Counted from the stretch's first letter, positions 9,845 to 21,319 are shown. The stretch is 55,905 bases of DNA from an uncultured Roseovarius sp. (GCA_964655135.1 CAZZKL010000002.1:1-55905), one strand, 5' to 3'. Numbers and translations: made by a program. Notes: generated from the sequence alone by a model not told the origin.

Positions 9845-10876
9845 ATGCGGATAGCGACCTATAATGTTGAATGGTTCAATGCCTTGTTTGATGACGATGG
9901 CAAGCTGCTTGATGATGGTGGGTGGTCGGCCCGGTGGAAGGTAACGCGGGCCGATCAACTGGCGGCCTTGGGGGTTGTGTTTACGGCGGTTGACGCCGAT
10001 GCGGTGATGATCATTGAGGCCCCCGATCACAATGGCAATCGAGCCACCGTTTCGGCGCTGGAGAATTTTGCACGGGTGATGAAACTGCGCGCGCGCAAGG
10101 CGATTGTGGGGTTTGAAAGTGGCACGCAACAGGAAATTGCCTTGCTTTATGACCCGGATGTATTGACCGCTGAGCATGATCCAAAGGGGCAGGAGACCGG
10201 CAAGAAAGGCTCGGCCCATGCGCCGCGATTTGATGGGGTGTTTCGGATTGATCTGGATATTGATGCCACCGAAGACCGGGTGGTATTTTCAAAACCCCCG
10301 TTTGAGATTGCCGCCCGGACGGCACAGGGCAAAGCGTTTCGGATGATTGGCGCGCACCTGAAATCCAAGGCACCGCATGGGGCAAAAACCCGTGACGAGG
10401 TGATGAGCAAATCAATCGCCAACCGGCGCAAACAGCAAGCGCAGGCGGTTTGGCTCAGGCAACGGATTGAGGCGCATCTTGAGGCGAAAGAGCCGCTGAT
10501 TGTCATGGGGGACATGAATGATGGCCCCGGGCTGGATGAGTATGAACATCTTTTTGGTCACTCAACGGTTGAGATTATTCTGGGCGAGGGCGCGGCGGCA
10601 GAGATGACGCTGTTTGACCCTCATGCGCGGCGGGCTTTGTCGCGGCGGATTGGGGCGATAAACACCACCTCGCGGTTTTTCATATCCAAGGAAAACCGGT
10701 ATATGCAGGCCTTGCTGGATTACATCATGGTGTCGCCTGATTTGCACGGGCTTAACCCAAGCTGGCGCATCTGGCATCCGTTTGATGATCTGGCCTGTTG
10801 GAACTTGCCGGAGCTGCGTGAGGCGTTGATTACGGCCTCGGATCACTTCCCGGTTACGATAGATATTGATATTTGA
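9845..10876 (+). CDS. Endonuclease/exonuclease/phosphatase (EEP) family protein
   Basis: ATYNVEW, HLKS, MGDMND, LDYI and SDHFP catalytic motifs. Confidence 0.88.
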   Translation: MRIATYNVEWFNALFDDDGKLLDDGGWSARWKVTRADQLAALGVVFTAVDADAVMIIEAPDHNGNRATVSALENFARVMKLRARKAIVGFESGTQQEIALLYDPDVLTAEHDPKGQETGKKGSAHAPRFDGVFRIDLDIDATEDRVVFSKPPFEIAARTAQGKAFRMIGAHLKSKAPHGAKTRDEVMSKSIANRRKQQAQAVWLRQRIEAHLEAKEPLIVMGDMNDGPGLDEYEHLFGHSTVEIILGEGAAAEMTLFDPHARRALSRRIGAINTTSRFFISKENRYMQALLDYIMVSPDLHGLNPSWRIWHPFDDLACWNLPELREALITASDHFPVTIDIDI

Positions 10877-10913
10877 CCCTCGTAATTTTTCCCCGGGACC
10901 CTATTTAGGGCAT

Positions 10914-11270
10914 ATGAAACAAAGCGTTTTGACAGTCACCGCCGCGTGTTTTCTGGCCTTTCCAGCCGTGTCGCAGGAGGCACCCGAGGAGGATGGATTT
11001 TCGCTGATGCAAGAGGGCGCAAAGCTGTTTTTCAAGGGAATCATTCAGGAAATGGACCCGGCGCTGGAGGAGTTGCAAAGGCTGATGATAAAGCCGGGAC
11101 TGCGGGATTTCATGCTTGAGATGGGGCCTGCCTTGGCCGATATTTTGGGCAAGATTGATGATCTGAGCGCCTATCATATGCCCGAGATACTGCCCAATGG
11201 TGATATTATCATGCGCCGGAAAACGCCGCAGGAATTGAGCGAAGAGCAAGGCAGCGAGATTGATATTTAG
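10914..11270 (+). CDS. Hypothetical exported protein
   Basis: Signal peptide MKQSVLTVTAACFLAFPAVS-Q; helical acidic body ending PEILPNGDIIMRRK. Confidence 0.75.
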   Translation: MKQSVLTVTAACFLAFPAVSQEAPEEDGFSLMQEGAKLFFKGIIQEMDPALEELQRLMIKPGLRDFMLEMGPALADILGKIDDLSAYHMPEILPNGDIIMRRKTPQELSEEQGSEIDI

Positions 11271-11323
11271 GGCGTTGCTCGTCAGTCCCTTCTCGTGACT
11301 GCCTCGCGGTGGTGCCGGGTGTC

Positions 11324-12868
11324 TTAGGATTTTTGCTGAATCACCGGTACAGCCTGCAATGAGGTGGCGAGGGACATAAAGCGCACCTCAGCCACTTCGC
11401 CAAATAGCGGCATGGCCTGTTCTGTCAGGGTCAGTTCAAGCAGTTGTTTTTTGGGATAAAACCGCATTTTGCCGGGCTTTGCATCTTTGCTGGGCCACAG
11501 CATCGCGGCAAAGCGCATGGCCTTGCCAAGGATTTCCGCCTCGCGTTGTTGTTTCGCCGACAACAGGGCGGATAGTTTTTCAAACCGTGTGCCCTGATGT
11601 TTATTGGTGTAGCGATAGAGAAGCGCCAGCCCCAGATAAACCCGTTCGGAATGTTTCAGCCCGCCCAGATGGGCGCGGGTGGCGTTGTCAAAGCAGGTTT
11701 CCGCCCGAAAATCAGGATGCGTGCGCCAGCTTACATCGTGCAAAAGGCAGGCGGCTTTGATCAGGCGTTTGCGCTCGGGCTTGGCGGATTTAAAGAGCGG
11801 CAGGACGAAGTTATAGACCACCTTGCCAAAGCCCGGGATGCGGGCGTCTTTGGCCTCGGCAAAGCGGCAGGCCTCGATCAGGGGATCACGGTCGCGCAAT
11901 TTCTGCGGCATTTGCTCATATAGCATCCCCTCGCGGATGCCGTAGCTTGAGATGGCGATGTCATGGGGGGTGAATGTTTTGATCAGCTCGCGCAGCACTT
12001 CGGCGGCGTGGGGCACCAAAATCATCCGGGCGGGTGAGACGTCAATGCGGGTGCGCAGCTCTTCAATGTTGGAAATTTCAATATATTTGGCGGTGGCTTT
12101 GACCGCCTTGGGGGTCATCCGGTATTCGTGCAGCACATGCAGCGGATAGCCGCGCCGGGCCATGTCAATCTTGGCGATGGTGCGCCACGAGCCGCCGACC
12201 AGAAACAGGCGGTTATTTTGCGGGCCAAGCTCGGCGCGCATGGCGGCAAGGGTTTCGCGGATCAGCGCTTTGCGGGCAGGTTTGCCGCCGTCCAGGTCGC
12301 GCAGTTTCAGCGGGCCAAGCGAGGATGTGACACAGTTGCGCACCGTGCCGTTTTCAATTTCGGCCAGTTCCATCGACGAGCCGCCAATATCGCAGACCAG
12401 CCCGTAAGAGCCGGGCCAGCCAAGCAAGACGCCTTGCGCCGACAACCGCGCCTCTTCACGGCCATCGACCGTATAGATGTGCAGGCCGGTCTCGGCCTCG
12501 ACCTCGGCGCAAAATTCCGGGCCATCCTTGGCATCGCGCACGGCGGCGGTGGCCACGGCCGTTAATGGCCCGGTGCCCATGCCCTTGGCCAGCATTTGAA
12601 ACCGCCGGATGGCCTCAAGCGCGCGCGCGCGGCCTTCGGGGTTTAGCCGCCCGGTTTCAGACATGCCCGCCCCAAGGGCGCACATGATTTTTTCGTTGAA
12701 AAAATAAGCCGGGCTGCGGGCGGCACCGTCAAATACCACCATGCGCACCGAGTTTGAGCCGACATCAACCACGCCAACGCGCCTAAGGGAGCGCGCCGAG
12801 GGCTTGTTGAACAAGGGCCTGCCAAATGGCCCGCCCTCATGTGTTGCGGGTTGTTTGTTGCTGTGCAT
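11324..12868 (-). CDS. ppx: Exopolyphosphatase, Ppx/GppA family
   Basis: VDVGSNSVR, ATAAVRDA, DIGGSSME, GIREG, HD-like LLHDV; downstream of ppk1. Confidence 0.92.
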   Translation of the reverse strand: MHSNKQPATHEGGPFGRPLFNKPSARSLRRVGVVDVGSNSVRMVVFDGAARSPAYFFNEKIMCALGAGMSETGRLNPEGRARALEAIRRFQMLAKGMGTGPLTAVATAAVRDAKDGPEFCAEVEAETGLHIYTVDGREEARLSAQGVLLGWPGSYGLVCDIGGSSMELAEIENGTVRNCVTSSLGPLKLRDLDGGKPARKALIRETLAAMRAELGPQNNRLFLVGGSWRTIAKIDMARRGYPLHVLHEYRMTPKAVKATAKYIEISNIEELRTRIDVSPARMILVPHAAEVLRELIKTFTPHDIAISSYGIREGMLYEQMPQKLRDRDPLIEACRFAEAKDARIPGFGKVVYNFVLPLFKSAKPERKRLIKAACLLHDVSWRTHPDFRAETCFDNATRAHLGGLKHSERVYLGLALLYRYTNKHQGTRFEKLSALLSAKQQREAEILGKAMRFAAMLWPSKDAKPGKMRFYPKKQLLELTLTEQAMPLFGEVAEVRFMSLATSLQAVPVIQQKS

Positions 12869-12925
12869 GACAGGCCGCCCCCGGTGATTGACTTGGTTTA
12901 TGTATGCGTCAGCCGCGCGGGCCGG

Positions 12926-15100
12926 TCAATCATCGGTGTGGGTCAGGGTTGGCACATCCGACGCCCCCGCCGAGCCACGGCCAGAAAGCGAGGGGTTTTC
13001 CATGAAGAACCGATGACAATTAAAGGCAAATTCGCCCTCGGGCAGGGCCGGGCGGGTAAAACTGCCATCGGGGGTCATGACCCAGCTTTGCGCCACATCC
13101 GCCATATTCGCCGCCATGATCTGTGAGACGATCTGTGCCTTGACGGTGGGGTTTTCGATCTCAATCAGGGTTTCGACCCGGCGGTTGAGATTGCGCCCCA
13201 TCCAATCGGCGGAACTGATATAAACCCGCGCTTTTTTATGCGGCAATGCGTGACCATTGCCAAAGCAGACGATGCGCGAATGCTCTAAAAACCGCCCGAC
13301 GATGGACTTGACGCGGATATTATCGCTTAGGCCTTTGATGCCGGGGCGCAAGCCGCAGATGCCGCGTATGACAAGGCTGATTTTCACCCCGGCTTGTGAC
13401 GCGGTATAAAGCGCATCAATCACGTCCGGCTCGACCAGTGAATTCATCTTGGCCCAGATCACCGCCGGTTTGCCCGCGCGGGCGTTTTCGGCCTCATTGG
13501 CGATGCTTTTCAGCAGGCTGGATTTGAGGGTCAGCGGTGAGATCGCCAGATTTTCCAGCGTATCAGGCTGGGCATAGCCTGAGAGATAATTGAACACCTT
13601 GGTGGCATCGCGGCCAAGGGCGGTGTTGCAGGTGAAAAATGACAGATCGGTGTAAATTTTGGCCGTAATGGGGTGGTAATTGCCGGTCCCATAGTGCGTG
13701 TATGTGACCAGATTATCGCCCTCGCGGCGCACCACGGTTGAAATTTTGGCGTGGGTTTTGAGATCAATAAAACCATAAACCACATGCGCACCGGCGCGCT
13801 CCAGTCGGCGGGATTGGCGAATATTTGCGGCCTCATCGAACCGCGCTTTCAGCTCGATCAGGGCGGTGACGGATTTGCCGTCTTCCGCCGCCTCACAAAG
13901 CGCCTCGACGATGGGCGAGCGTTTTGAGGTGCGGTAAAGCGTTTGTTTGATCGCCACCACATCGGGATCACGCGCCGCCTGATTGAGGAAACGCACCACC
14001 ATATCAAACGTCTCATAGGGGTGGTGCAGCAGCATGTCTTTTTGCCGGATGGCGGCAAACATATCGCCGTCATGGTCCTGCACCCGCTCGGGCACGCGCG
14101 GGGTAAAGCTGGGCCATAGCAGATCGGGGCGGGCGTCAAGCACCAGTTCCGACAGGTCCGCAAGGCCGATCATGCCTTCAACTTCAAACACCTCATCAGG
14201 GGTGACATGCAGCTCATTCATCACGGTTTTGAGCAATCCGTCTGGTGCATTTGCCGAGATTTCCATGCGCACAACTTCGCCGCGCCGCCGCCGTTTGAGG
14301 GCGACCTCAAATTCACGCACCAGATCTTCGGCTTCTTCCTCAACTTCCAGATCGCTGTCACGCAGGACGCGAAATGAACAATGGCCTTTGTATTTATAGC
14401 CGGGGAATATGCCGTCAAGATGCAAGATTAGCAGCTCTTCCAGCGGCAAAACCCGATGGGTGCCTTCGGGGGCGGGCAAAAATACGAAACGGTCAATCTG
14501 ATGCGGGATCGGCAAAAGCGCCTGAAGCGGGCGTTTGTCTTTGCTGCGTTGCAGTTGCAGCGCCAGCGTATAGCCCAGATTGGGGATGAAGGGGAAAGGG
14601 TGCGCCGGGTCAATCGCCAAGGGCGAGAGAACCGCAAAAACCCGGTTGAGGAAAACCTCATCCAGATAGGTTTTATCGGCCTCTGTGAGGCTGGAATTGT
14701 CGAGGATCGAGATGTTCTCGGCTTCCAGCTTGCAGCGCAGATCGGCATAGTTTTCCTGCTGAGATTGCAAGAGCTTACTGGCGTTTTCATGGATTTTTAC
14801 CAGTTGTTCGGCCGGGGTCAGGCCATCGTCGGCGGGGGTGGTGTTTCCCGCATGGGTCAACTCACGCAGGCCCGCGACGCGCACGTTATAAAACTCATCA
14901 AGGTTATTGGCAGAGATCGACAGGAACCGCAGCCGCTCAAGCAGGGGTACACGCGGGTTTTGCGCCTCTTCCAGAACCCGCCAGTTGAAGCCAAGCCAGC
15001 TTAGCTCGCGGTTAAAAAACCGGCCCGGCCCGGTTGGATCAAGCTCGGGCAGGTCGGTTGCGGTGGGAAAATCGGAATTGAGGAAATCTGCGTTAATCAT
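12926..15100 (-). CDS. ppk1: Polyphosphate kinase 1
   Basis: [47 protein letters not shown]. Confidence 0.95.
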   Translation of the reverse strand: MINADFLNSDFPTATDLPELDPTGPGRFFNRELSWLGFNWRVLEEAQNPRVPLLERLRFLSISANNLDEFYNVRVAGLRELTHAGNTTPADDGLTPAEQLVKIHENASKLLQSQQENYADLRCKLEAENISILDNSSLTEADKTYLDEVFLNRVFAVLSPLAIDPAHPFPFIPNLGYTLALQLQRSKDKRPLQALLPIPHQIDRFVFLPAPEGTHRVLPLEELLILHLDGIFPGYKYKGHCSFRVLRDSDLEVEEEAEDLVREFEVALKRRRRGEVVRMEISANAPDGLLKTVMNELHVTPDEVFEVEGMIGLADLSELVLDARPDLLWPSFTPRVPERVQDHDGDMFAAIRQKDMLLHHPYETFDMVVRFLNQAARDPDVVAIKQTLYRTSKRSPIVEALCEAAEDGKSVTALIELKARFDEAANIRQSRRLERAGAHVVYGFIDLKTHAKISTVVRREGDNLVTYTHYGTGNYHPITAKIYTDLSFFTCNTALGRDATKVFNYLSGYAQPDTLENLAISPLTLKSSLLKSIANEAENARAGKPAVIWAKMNSLVEPDVIDALYTASQAGVKISLVIRGICGLRPGIKGLSDNIRVKSIVGRFLEHSRIVCFGNGHALPHKKARVYISSADWMGRNLNRRVETLIEIENPTVKAQIVSQIMAANMADVAQSWVMTPDGSFTRPALPEGEFAFNCHRFFMENPSLSGRGSAGASDVPTLTHTDD

Positions 15101-15148
15101 TCGGGCCTTATGGGGATTGCGTGAGCGGGAAAGGGGGCGATTGTGGCG

Positions 15149-15823
15149 CTAATGCGCGGGTTTGTCCAGCACCTTGGCCGCCAAGGCCCGGTTAATCGGG
15201 CGACCTGTCTCAAGCGAGGCTGCATCAAGCCGTTCCACGATTTGGCGGGCGGCAATTAATGAGCGGTCAATCCGGCGGGTCAGATAGGGGATGGTTTCGG
15301 GCGTTGGGGCAAGCTGTCGGTCGGTGAAAAGCTTGATCAGAACGGCCGATAGCAGGCTGTCATCGGGGGCCTCAAGCGTGGCGATGGGCGTGGCGCTCAT
15401 CCGGCTGGCAAGATCGGGCAGGCGCAGTTGCCAGAAATTAGGCGGGCGCGAGGCGGTGAGCAACAGCGAGTTTCCCTCGGCCAATGTCAGATTGTGCAGG
15501 TGAAAAAGCGCCGCTTCTGCCTTGGCGGTGCCCGCGATGCGCGCCACATCTTCGACCGCCACATTGCCGGCGGCCAAAGCGGGAATATCGGCCCGTGCAA
15601 GGCTGGCGGCGGCAATGATCTGGGCATTGGCCAGCGTGGCCCAGACATGCGCAAGATGGGTTTTGCCCGAGCTTGCCGGGCCGACCAAGGCCAGTTTGCG
15701 CGCGGGCCATTCCTCCCACGCTTCCACCATGGCCACGGCGGCGGCATTGGCGGGGGAGACAAAGAAATCCTCACGGCCCAGTGCGGTGATGGCGGGCAGG
15801 TTAAAGCTGAGCTGCTGCGGCAC
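15149..15823 (-). CDS. hdaA: DnaA regulatory inactivator HdaA (Hda family)
   Basis: N-terminal clamp-binding QQLSF, Walker A GPASSGKT, LPDLASR; GTG start overlaps the upstream stop. Confidence 0.85.
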   Translation of the reverse strand: MPQQLSFNLPAITALGREDFFVSPANAAAVAMVEAWEEWPARKLALVGPASSGKTHLAHVWATLANAQIIAAASLARADIPALAAGNVAVEDVARIAGTAKAEAALFHLHNLTLAEGNSLLLTASRPPNFWQLRLPDLASRMSATPIATLEAPDDSLLSAVLIKLFTDRQLAPTPETIPYLTRRIDRSLIAARQIVERLDAASLETGRPINRALAAKVLDKPAH

Positions 15824-16890
15824 TAGTCTGGTTCCTGCCCGTCAAGCCCGCGATAGAGGCGGCTTTCTTTGTAGCCACTGATGGCGAAACGGGCCAGAAC
15901 GCCGATGGCGGCGGCAACCGGGACCGCCACCAACATGCCGACAAAGCCAAATAGCGTGCCAAACACCGACAGCGCGAAGATCAGCCAGACCGGATGCAAA
16001 CCGATTGAGCCGCCCACCAGTTTCGGCGTCAGCACATTGCCTTCGATCACCTGCCCAAGGGCAAATATGCCCGCAACCAGCCCGATCGAAAACCAATCCC
16101 CCCAGAATTGAAACAGTGCCAGACCAATCGCCAACGCGCCGCCAATCAGCGCGCCGACATAGGGGATGAAGGTGATCAACCCTGCCAGAGCGCCCACCAC
16201 CAGCCCGAATTGCAGGCCAACCAGCATCAGCGCCACCGCGTAATAAGTGCCAAGGATCAGGCAGACCGTGCCCATGCCACGAATGAAGCTGGCCAATGTC
16301 TGATCAATCTCCCGCGCCAGACGGCGCACCACCGGCGCATGATCACGCGGTAGCAAATCATCCACCACTTTGACCATCCTGTCCCAATCATAAAGCAGGT
16401 AAAAGGCGACAACCGGCACGATCACAAACAGCATGATGATGTTGAGGATCGAGGCGGCGGAGCTGAGCAGGGCCTCCAACATCTGTCCGCCGCGTTCCTG
16501 CACGGTATTTCCCAATGAAATCAGCGTTTTATAGAGGGTTGAATTCGGGTCTCCCAGTTGCGGGAATTTTGTCGTCAGGAAGGTTTGCAAATCCCTGGCC
16601 AGTTTTGGCGCGGTGTTGAAAAGGGCGACCGCCTGTTCGATCAGGGCGGGCACCACCAACAGTGCCATGACCACAAAGATCAGCAGGCCAATAAGCGAGA
16701 TGATGGTGACTGAGACTGCCCGCGAAAGGCCGATTGCCTCAAGCCGGTCGGCCACGGGATCAAGGAAATAGGCGATTGCGCCGCCCAGTACAAAGGGCAG
16801 GATCACATCCCCAAGGAACCACAACGCCAGCAGAAAAATGGCGCTGGCGATGCCCCAGTATTTCATTTGTGTTTGGACCGGCAGTGCCAT
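15823..16890 (-). CDS. AI-2E (PerM) family transporter
   Basis: AYFLDP, FIPYVG, EGNVLTPKLVGGSIGLHP; multiple TM helices. Confidence 0.9.
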   Translation of the reverse strand: MALPVQTQMKYWGIASAIFLLALWFLGDVILPFVLGGAIAYFLDPVADRLEAIGLSRAVSVTIISLIGLLIFVVMALLVVPALIEQAVALFNTAPKLARDLQTFLTTKFPQLGDPNSTLYKTLISLGNTVQERGGQMLEALLSSAASILNIIMLFVIVPVVAFYLLYDWDRMVKVVDDLLPRDHAPVVRRLAREIDQTLASFIRGMGTVCLILGTYYAVALMLVGLQFGLVVGALAGLITFIPYVGALIGGALAIGLALFQFWGDWFSIGLVAGIFALGQVIEGNVLTPKLVGGSIGLHPVWLIFALSVFGTLFGFVGMLVAVPVAAAIGVLARFAISGYKESRLYRGLDGQEPD

Positions 16891-17042
16891 GATGTGCCTT
16901 TGGTGTTGGAAATTGTTACAAATCATCGCTTATGGCGGCGCGTCATGCAAGCAAAAGCCTGATGTGATGCGCATGTGATACCTTGTATGCGCGCGCGCAA
17001 GGCCATAAACGGATTGAAACGCAAATGACGCCGAGGAATGCC

Positions 17043-18380
17043 ATGCGCCTGTCGAGATATTTCATGCCTGTGTTGAGGGAAAACCCCGCCGAGGCCCAGA
17101 TTGTCAGCCACCGCCTGATGCTGCGCGCCGGGATGATCAAACAGGCCACGTCGGGGATTTATTCGTGGCTGCCGCTGGGGTTCAAAGTACTGCGCAAGCT
17201 GGAAAACATCGTGCATGAGGAGCAAATGCGCGCGGGCCATATTCCGATGCTGATGCCGACCCTGCAATCGGCCGATCTGTGGCGAGAATCAGGGCGCTAT
17301 GAGGATTACGGCGAGGAAATGCTGCGGATCACCGATCGGCACGGGCGTGATATGCTCTATGGCCCCACCAATGAGGAGCTGATCACCGATATTTTCCGCG
17401 CCCATGTGGGCAGTTACAAAGATCTGCCGCTGACGCTCTATCATATTCAGTGGAAATTCCGCGATGAGGTGCGGCCTCGGTTTGGCGTCATGCGGGGGCG
17501 GGAATTTTTCATGAAGGACGGGTATAATTTTGACCTGACCAAAGAAGATGCGATGCACGCTTATAACCGGCATTTGGTCAGTTATCTGCGCACTTATGAG
17601 CGCATGGGGCTGCAAGCGATTCCGATGCGCGCCGATAGTGGGCCGATTGGCGGCGATGATACACATGAATTTCTGGTGCTGGCGGATACCGGCGAATCTG
17701 AGGTGTTTTATGACAGCAACGTGACTGATCTGAGCTTTGGCGACCGCGAGATTGATTATGATGATGTGGCGCAGTGCCAGGGGGTTCTGGATGAGTTTAC
17801 CTCGCTCTATGCGCGCACCGATGAGACCCATGATGAGGCGCTGTTCAACGCCATCCCAGAGGAGCGCCGCCGCACGGCGCGGGGGATTGAAGTGGGGCAA
17901 ATCTTCTATTTTGGCACCAAGTATTCTGAGGCGATGGGGGCCAAGGTTCAAGGCCCGGATGGCAAGCCCGTAGCGGTTCATATGGGTAGTCACGGCATTG
18001 GTGTAAGCCGCCTTGTGGGGGCGATTATTGAGGCCAGCCATGACGATAAGGGTATCATCTGGCCCGAGGGCGTAACGCCGTTTCATGTTGGGATTATCAA
18101 TGTAAAACAGGGCGATGCCGAAGCCGATGCCGCCTGTGAGGCGATCTATAAATCAGTTCAGGCGCTGGGGCTTGATCCGCTTTATGACGACCGCAATGAA
18201 CGCGCGGGCGGTAAATTTGCCAGCATGGATTTGATTGGCCTGCCGTGGCGCATTACCGTGGGGCCGAGGGGGCTTAAAAATGGCGTGGTTGAGCTAACCT
18301 GCCGCCGGACCGGGGCCAGCGAGGAGCTGCCGCCGGAGCAGGCGGTTGAGCGGATTGGCAAAATATATGCGGATCTGTGA
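17043..18380 (+). CDS. proS: Proline--tRNA ligase (short alphaproteobacterial form)
   Basis: [39 protein letters not shown]. Confidence 0.95.
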   Translation: MRLSRYFMPVLRENPAEAQIVSHRLMLRAGMIKQATSGIYSWLPLGFKVLRKLENIVHEEQMRAGHIPMLMPTLQSADLWRESGRYEDYGEEMLRITDRHGRDMLYGPTNEELITDIFRAHVGSYKDLPLTLYHIQWKFRDEVRPRFGVMRGREFFMKDGYNFDLTKEDAMHAYNRHLVSYLRTYERMGLQAIPMRADSGPIGGDDTHEFLVLADTGESEVFYDSNVTDLSFGDREIDYDDVAQCQGVLDEFTSLYARTDETHDEALFNAIPEERRRTARGIEVGQIFYFGTKYSEAMGAKVQGPDGKPVAVHMGSHGIGVSRLVGAIIEASHDDKGIIWPEGVTPFHVGIINVKQGDAEADAACEAIYKSVQALGLDPLYDDRNERAGGKFASMDLIGLPWRITVGPRGLKNGVVELTCRRTGASEELPPEQAVERIGKIYADL

Positions 18381-18451
18381 ACCAGCCGTATTTTGACAGC
18401 TTGCCGGGTTCTGCTTTAGACAGGATATGTATAAGCACCAGAGGGGCAGGT

Positions 18452-18964
18452 ATGGGCATTGATAAATTTTTGGCAGCACTGACCCTAGTAGCACGGGCCA
18501 TTGCATTTGCTGGATTTGCAAATATGGCGTCAGCAGACAGTATGACCTATCACAATGGCCGCTTTGATGTGCAGGGGCGGTTGCCGGTCTCCTTTATAGC
18601 CGGTCGACCACCGGATAACGGCAATGGGCAGTCGTTTGAAAGTGCCCATAACAGTGGCCGGATTGTAATCTATGGCGGGTATAATCTTGAAGACAGTTTT
18701 GCGGCCTATCGTGATGCTCTCAAAGGATATTACCTTGAATCCGGAGCCAAAATCACATTGGACACGGGCAAGGGGAATTGGTTTGTTCTGTCCGGGTATA
18801 ATGGCGGGCGGATTTTTTATCTGCGGGTGATTGAGGGCCGCAATTGCGATGATGAGACCGTTTTGGCACATTGGACCATCGATTATGAGCCCGGTGACCG
18901 GGATGTCTATGATGATCAGATCGGATGGCTTTCCAAGGGGTTGAAAATTGATGATTGTAAGTAA
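18452..18964 (+). CDS. Hypothetical exported protein
   Basis: Signal-like N-terminus ending ASA-D; YHNGRF...PPDNGNG...WFVLSG pattern; DNA looks more AT-rich than the flanks. Confidence 0.7.
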   Translation: MGIDKFLAALTLVARAIAFAGFANMASADSMTYHNGRFDVQGRLPVSFIAGRPPDNGNGQSFESAHNSGRIVIYGGYNLEDSFAAYRDALKGYYLESGAKITLDTGKGNWFVLSGYNGGRIFYLRVIEGRNCDDETVLAHWTIDYEPGDRDVYDDQIGWLSKGLKIDDCK

Positions 18965-19073
18965 GCCCTGAAACCTTTTAAATCATGCGCCTGATCCAGA
19001 ACAACGCTTGACGCCACGGCCTGCACAGACCAGTTTGCAAAAACATCAAGAAAACACCAAACCGGAGCAGTCA

Positions 19074-20363
19074 ATGGCATCCAGACCCGCCCCTTTTGCC
19101 GCTTTTGAGTGGATGATTGCCTGGCGTTATTTACGGGCCAAACGCGCCGAAGGTGGCGTGAGTGTGATGACATGGATCAGCCTGATCGGCATCACTCTGG
19201 CGGTGTTCGCGCTGATCCTGACCTTGGCGGTGCGCGCGGGATTCCGCGCGGAATTTGTCGACACCATTTTGGGGGCCAACGCCCATGTGACGGTTTACAA
19301 TATGGGCATTGTGGACGCCGATACCGGGCGGGTTGACCGGACGTTGCAGGATTATGATGCGATGGCTGAACGGGTGCGCGCGGTGCCCGGTGTGACCCAC
19401 GCGGCACCGCTTATCAAAGGTCAGGTGATGGCCAATGCGCGCGACCGCAATGCCGGGGTGCAGGTGTTTGGTATCACGCTGGACAACCTCAAAAACATCC
19501 CGCGTATTGCCAACCCGGAAACCAGTCTTGGTGATATTGAAACCTTTCCGCAGGGGTTGGCGCTTGGCTCGCGGGTTGCTGGCAATTTGGGGGTGACGGT
19601 TGGCGGGCGGATCAGGCTGATCTCACCCAATGGGGTGAAAACGGCGCTGGGCACCACCCCGAGGGTGAAATCCTATGAGGTGGTCTATATTTTCACCGCC
19701 GGGCGCTATGATATTGATGCCACGCGGATTTATATGCCGTTCACCGAGGCGCAAAGCTTTTTCAACCGTGAGGGCCGTGCGGATGAGCTTGAGGTGATGG
19801 TCGAAGACCCCGAGGCGGTGGACGCGATGACGCTTGATCTGATCAAGGCGGCGGGGGAAAACAGCCAGGTCTGGACATGGCGCGATGCCAGTGGTGGGTT
19901 TTTGTCAGCGCTGGATATGGAAGACAATGTGATGTTTGTGATCATGACCGTTCTGGTGCTAATTGCGGCGATGAATATTGTTAGCGGCTTGATTATGCTG
20001 GTGAAAAATAAAGGCCGCGATATTGGGATATTGCGCACTATGGGCCTGTCTGAGGGGTCAATCCTACGGATATTTTTCATCTGTGGCGCGGCGACGGGTA
20101 TTGCCGGGACGGTGTTTGGGGTGATTTTTGGCTGCCTTGCGGCGCTCAATATAGACGGGATTTTTGCGGTGCTGGATTACTTTAACGGCGGGCCGGTTTG
20201 GGATGGGTCGGTGCGGCCGATCAATGCTTTGCCGGCCAAGCTTCAATCGGGGGATGTGATCTCGGCTGTGGTGATGTCGCTGGGGCTTTCCTTTGTGGTG
20301 ACAATCTTTCCGGCGCGGCGCGCGGCACGGATGAACCCGGTTGAGGCGCTGCGATATGAGTAA
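19074..20363 (+). CDS. lolC: Lipoprotein-releasing ABC transporter permease (LolC/E)
   Basis: [36 protein letters not shown]. Confidence 0.9.
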   Translation: MASRPAPFAAFEWMIAWRYLRAKRAEGGVSVMTWISLIGITLAVFALILTLAVRAGFRAEFVDTILGANAHVTVYNMGIVDADTGRVDRTLQDYDAMAERVRAVPGVTHAAPLIKGQVMANARDRNAGVQVFGITLDNLKNIPRIANPETSLGDIETFPQGLALGSRVAGNLGVTVGGRIRLISPNGVKTALGTTPRVKSYEVVYIFTAGRYDIDATRIYMPFTEAQSFFNREGRADELEVMVEDPEAVDAMTLDLIKAAGENSQVWTWRDASGGFLSALDMEDNVMFVIMTVLVLIAAMNIVSGLIMLVKNKGRDIGILRTMGLSEGSILRIFFICGAATGIAGTVFGVIFGCLAALNIDGIFAVLDYFNGGPVWDGSVRPINALPAKLQSGDVISAVVMSLGLSFVVTIFPARRAARMNPVEALRYE

Positions 20364-21039
20364 GACCATGCTGAAACTAAGCGGAATTTCAAAAACCTAT
20401 AATCGGGGCAAAAGCAACGAAGTTCAGGTGCTGAACGGCGCGGATATTGCGCTTGAACCGGGTGAGATGGTGGCGCTTGTGGCCCCGTCTGGGGCGGGCA
20501 AATCGACATTGCTGCATATCGCGGGGCTGCTCGATACGCCCGATGCGGGAACGGTTGAGATTGCTGGGAAGGATATGACCGGGCTTGGCGATCGTCGCCG
20601 AACCGAGGCGCGGCGCCGCGATGTGGGGTTTATTTATCAGTTCCACCACCTGTTGCCGGAATTTACCGCCCTTGAAAACATTGTACTGCCGCAACTGGCC
20701 AATGGGGTGGCGCGGGCCGAGGCAAATGTGCGGGCCTATGATTTGCTGGCGCGTGTCGGCGTGGCTGAGCGGGCCGATCACCGGCCTTCGGCCATGTCGG
20801 GCGGGGAGCAGCAACGGGTGGCGTTTTGCCGGGCGTTGGCCAATGAGCCAAGGCTGCTTTTGGCGGATGAACCCACCGGCAACCTTGATCCGGCAACGTC
20901 AGATAAGGTGTTCGGGGCACTGGTTGATCTGGTGCGCGGCACCGGGCTTGCGGCGTTGATTGCCACTCATAACCTTGAATTGGCCGCCCGGATGGATCGG
21001 GTTGTGCGGCTTGAGCAGGGTGGAATCGTAGCCGCATAG
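20356..21039 (+). CDS. lolD: Lipoprotein-releasing ABC transporter ATPase
   Basis: [35 protein letters not shown]. Confidence 0.92.
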   Translation: MSKTMLKLSGISKTYNRGKSNEVQVLNGADIALEPGEMVALVAPSGAGKSTLLHIAGLLDTPDAGTVEIAGKDMTGLGDRRRTEARRRDVGFIYQFHHLLPEFTALENIVLPQLANGVARAEANVRAYDLLARVGVAERADHRPSAMSGGEQQRVAFCRALANEPRLLLADEPTGNLDPATSDKVFGALVDLVRGTGLAALIATHNLELAARMDRVVRLEQGGIVAA

Positions 21040-21065
21040 GTAAGCCGGGCTTAAGCCCGGCCTAC
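21040..21065. repeat. GTAG-type REP-like palindrome
   Basis: GTAAGCCGGGCTTAAGCCCGGCCTAC is a near-perfect palindrome beginning GTAG on the minus strand, directly after the lolD stop. Confidence 0.6.
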
Positions 21066-21077
21066 GGGTGGAGGAAC

Positions 21078-21309
21078 GGATCGCAAACCAAAGCAGCGCT
21101 GGTGCGGCACGGCGCGGCTGATTGGGTGGCGACCGAAGTGGCCCGCGCGGTGCGCAAGGCCGAATCCGTGGGCAATAAAATCTGCGGGCTTTATTATCTT
21201 GAAAGCTATTGCAAACAACTGAAAACCGGCCGGGTTTTATGACCGGTTGGCGCAAGTTGCCAAAGCCGTGGTGTGCGACGGTGGCGCGCGGATGCCGGGG
21301 CATAACTGA
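21078..21309 (+). pseudogene. Internally deleted remnant of an Ldh_2 (type 2 malate/L-lactate dehydrogenase) family gene
   Basis: One frame reads TKAALVRHGAADWVATEVARAVRKAESVGNKICGLYYLESYCKQLKTGRV; an overlapping frame reads FYDRLAQVAKAVVCDGGARMPG. These resemble the N- and C-terminal ends of the family; no intact start. Confidence 0.6.
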
Positions 21310-21319
21310 TCCAGATCAT
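21306..21319 (+). promoter_or_regulatory. Possible FNR/FnrL-type box
   Basis: CTGAT-CCAG-ATCAT versus consensus TTGAT-N4-ATCAA (2 mismatches), about 55 nt upstream of a cytochrome c gene. Confidence 0.4.
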
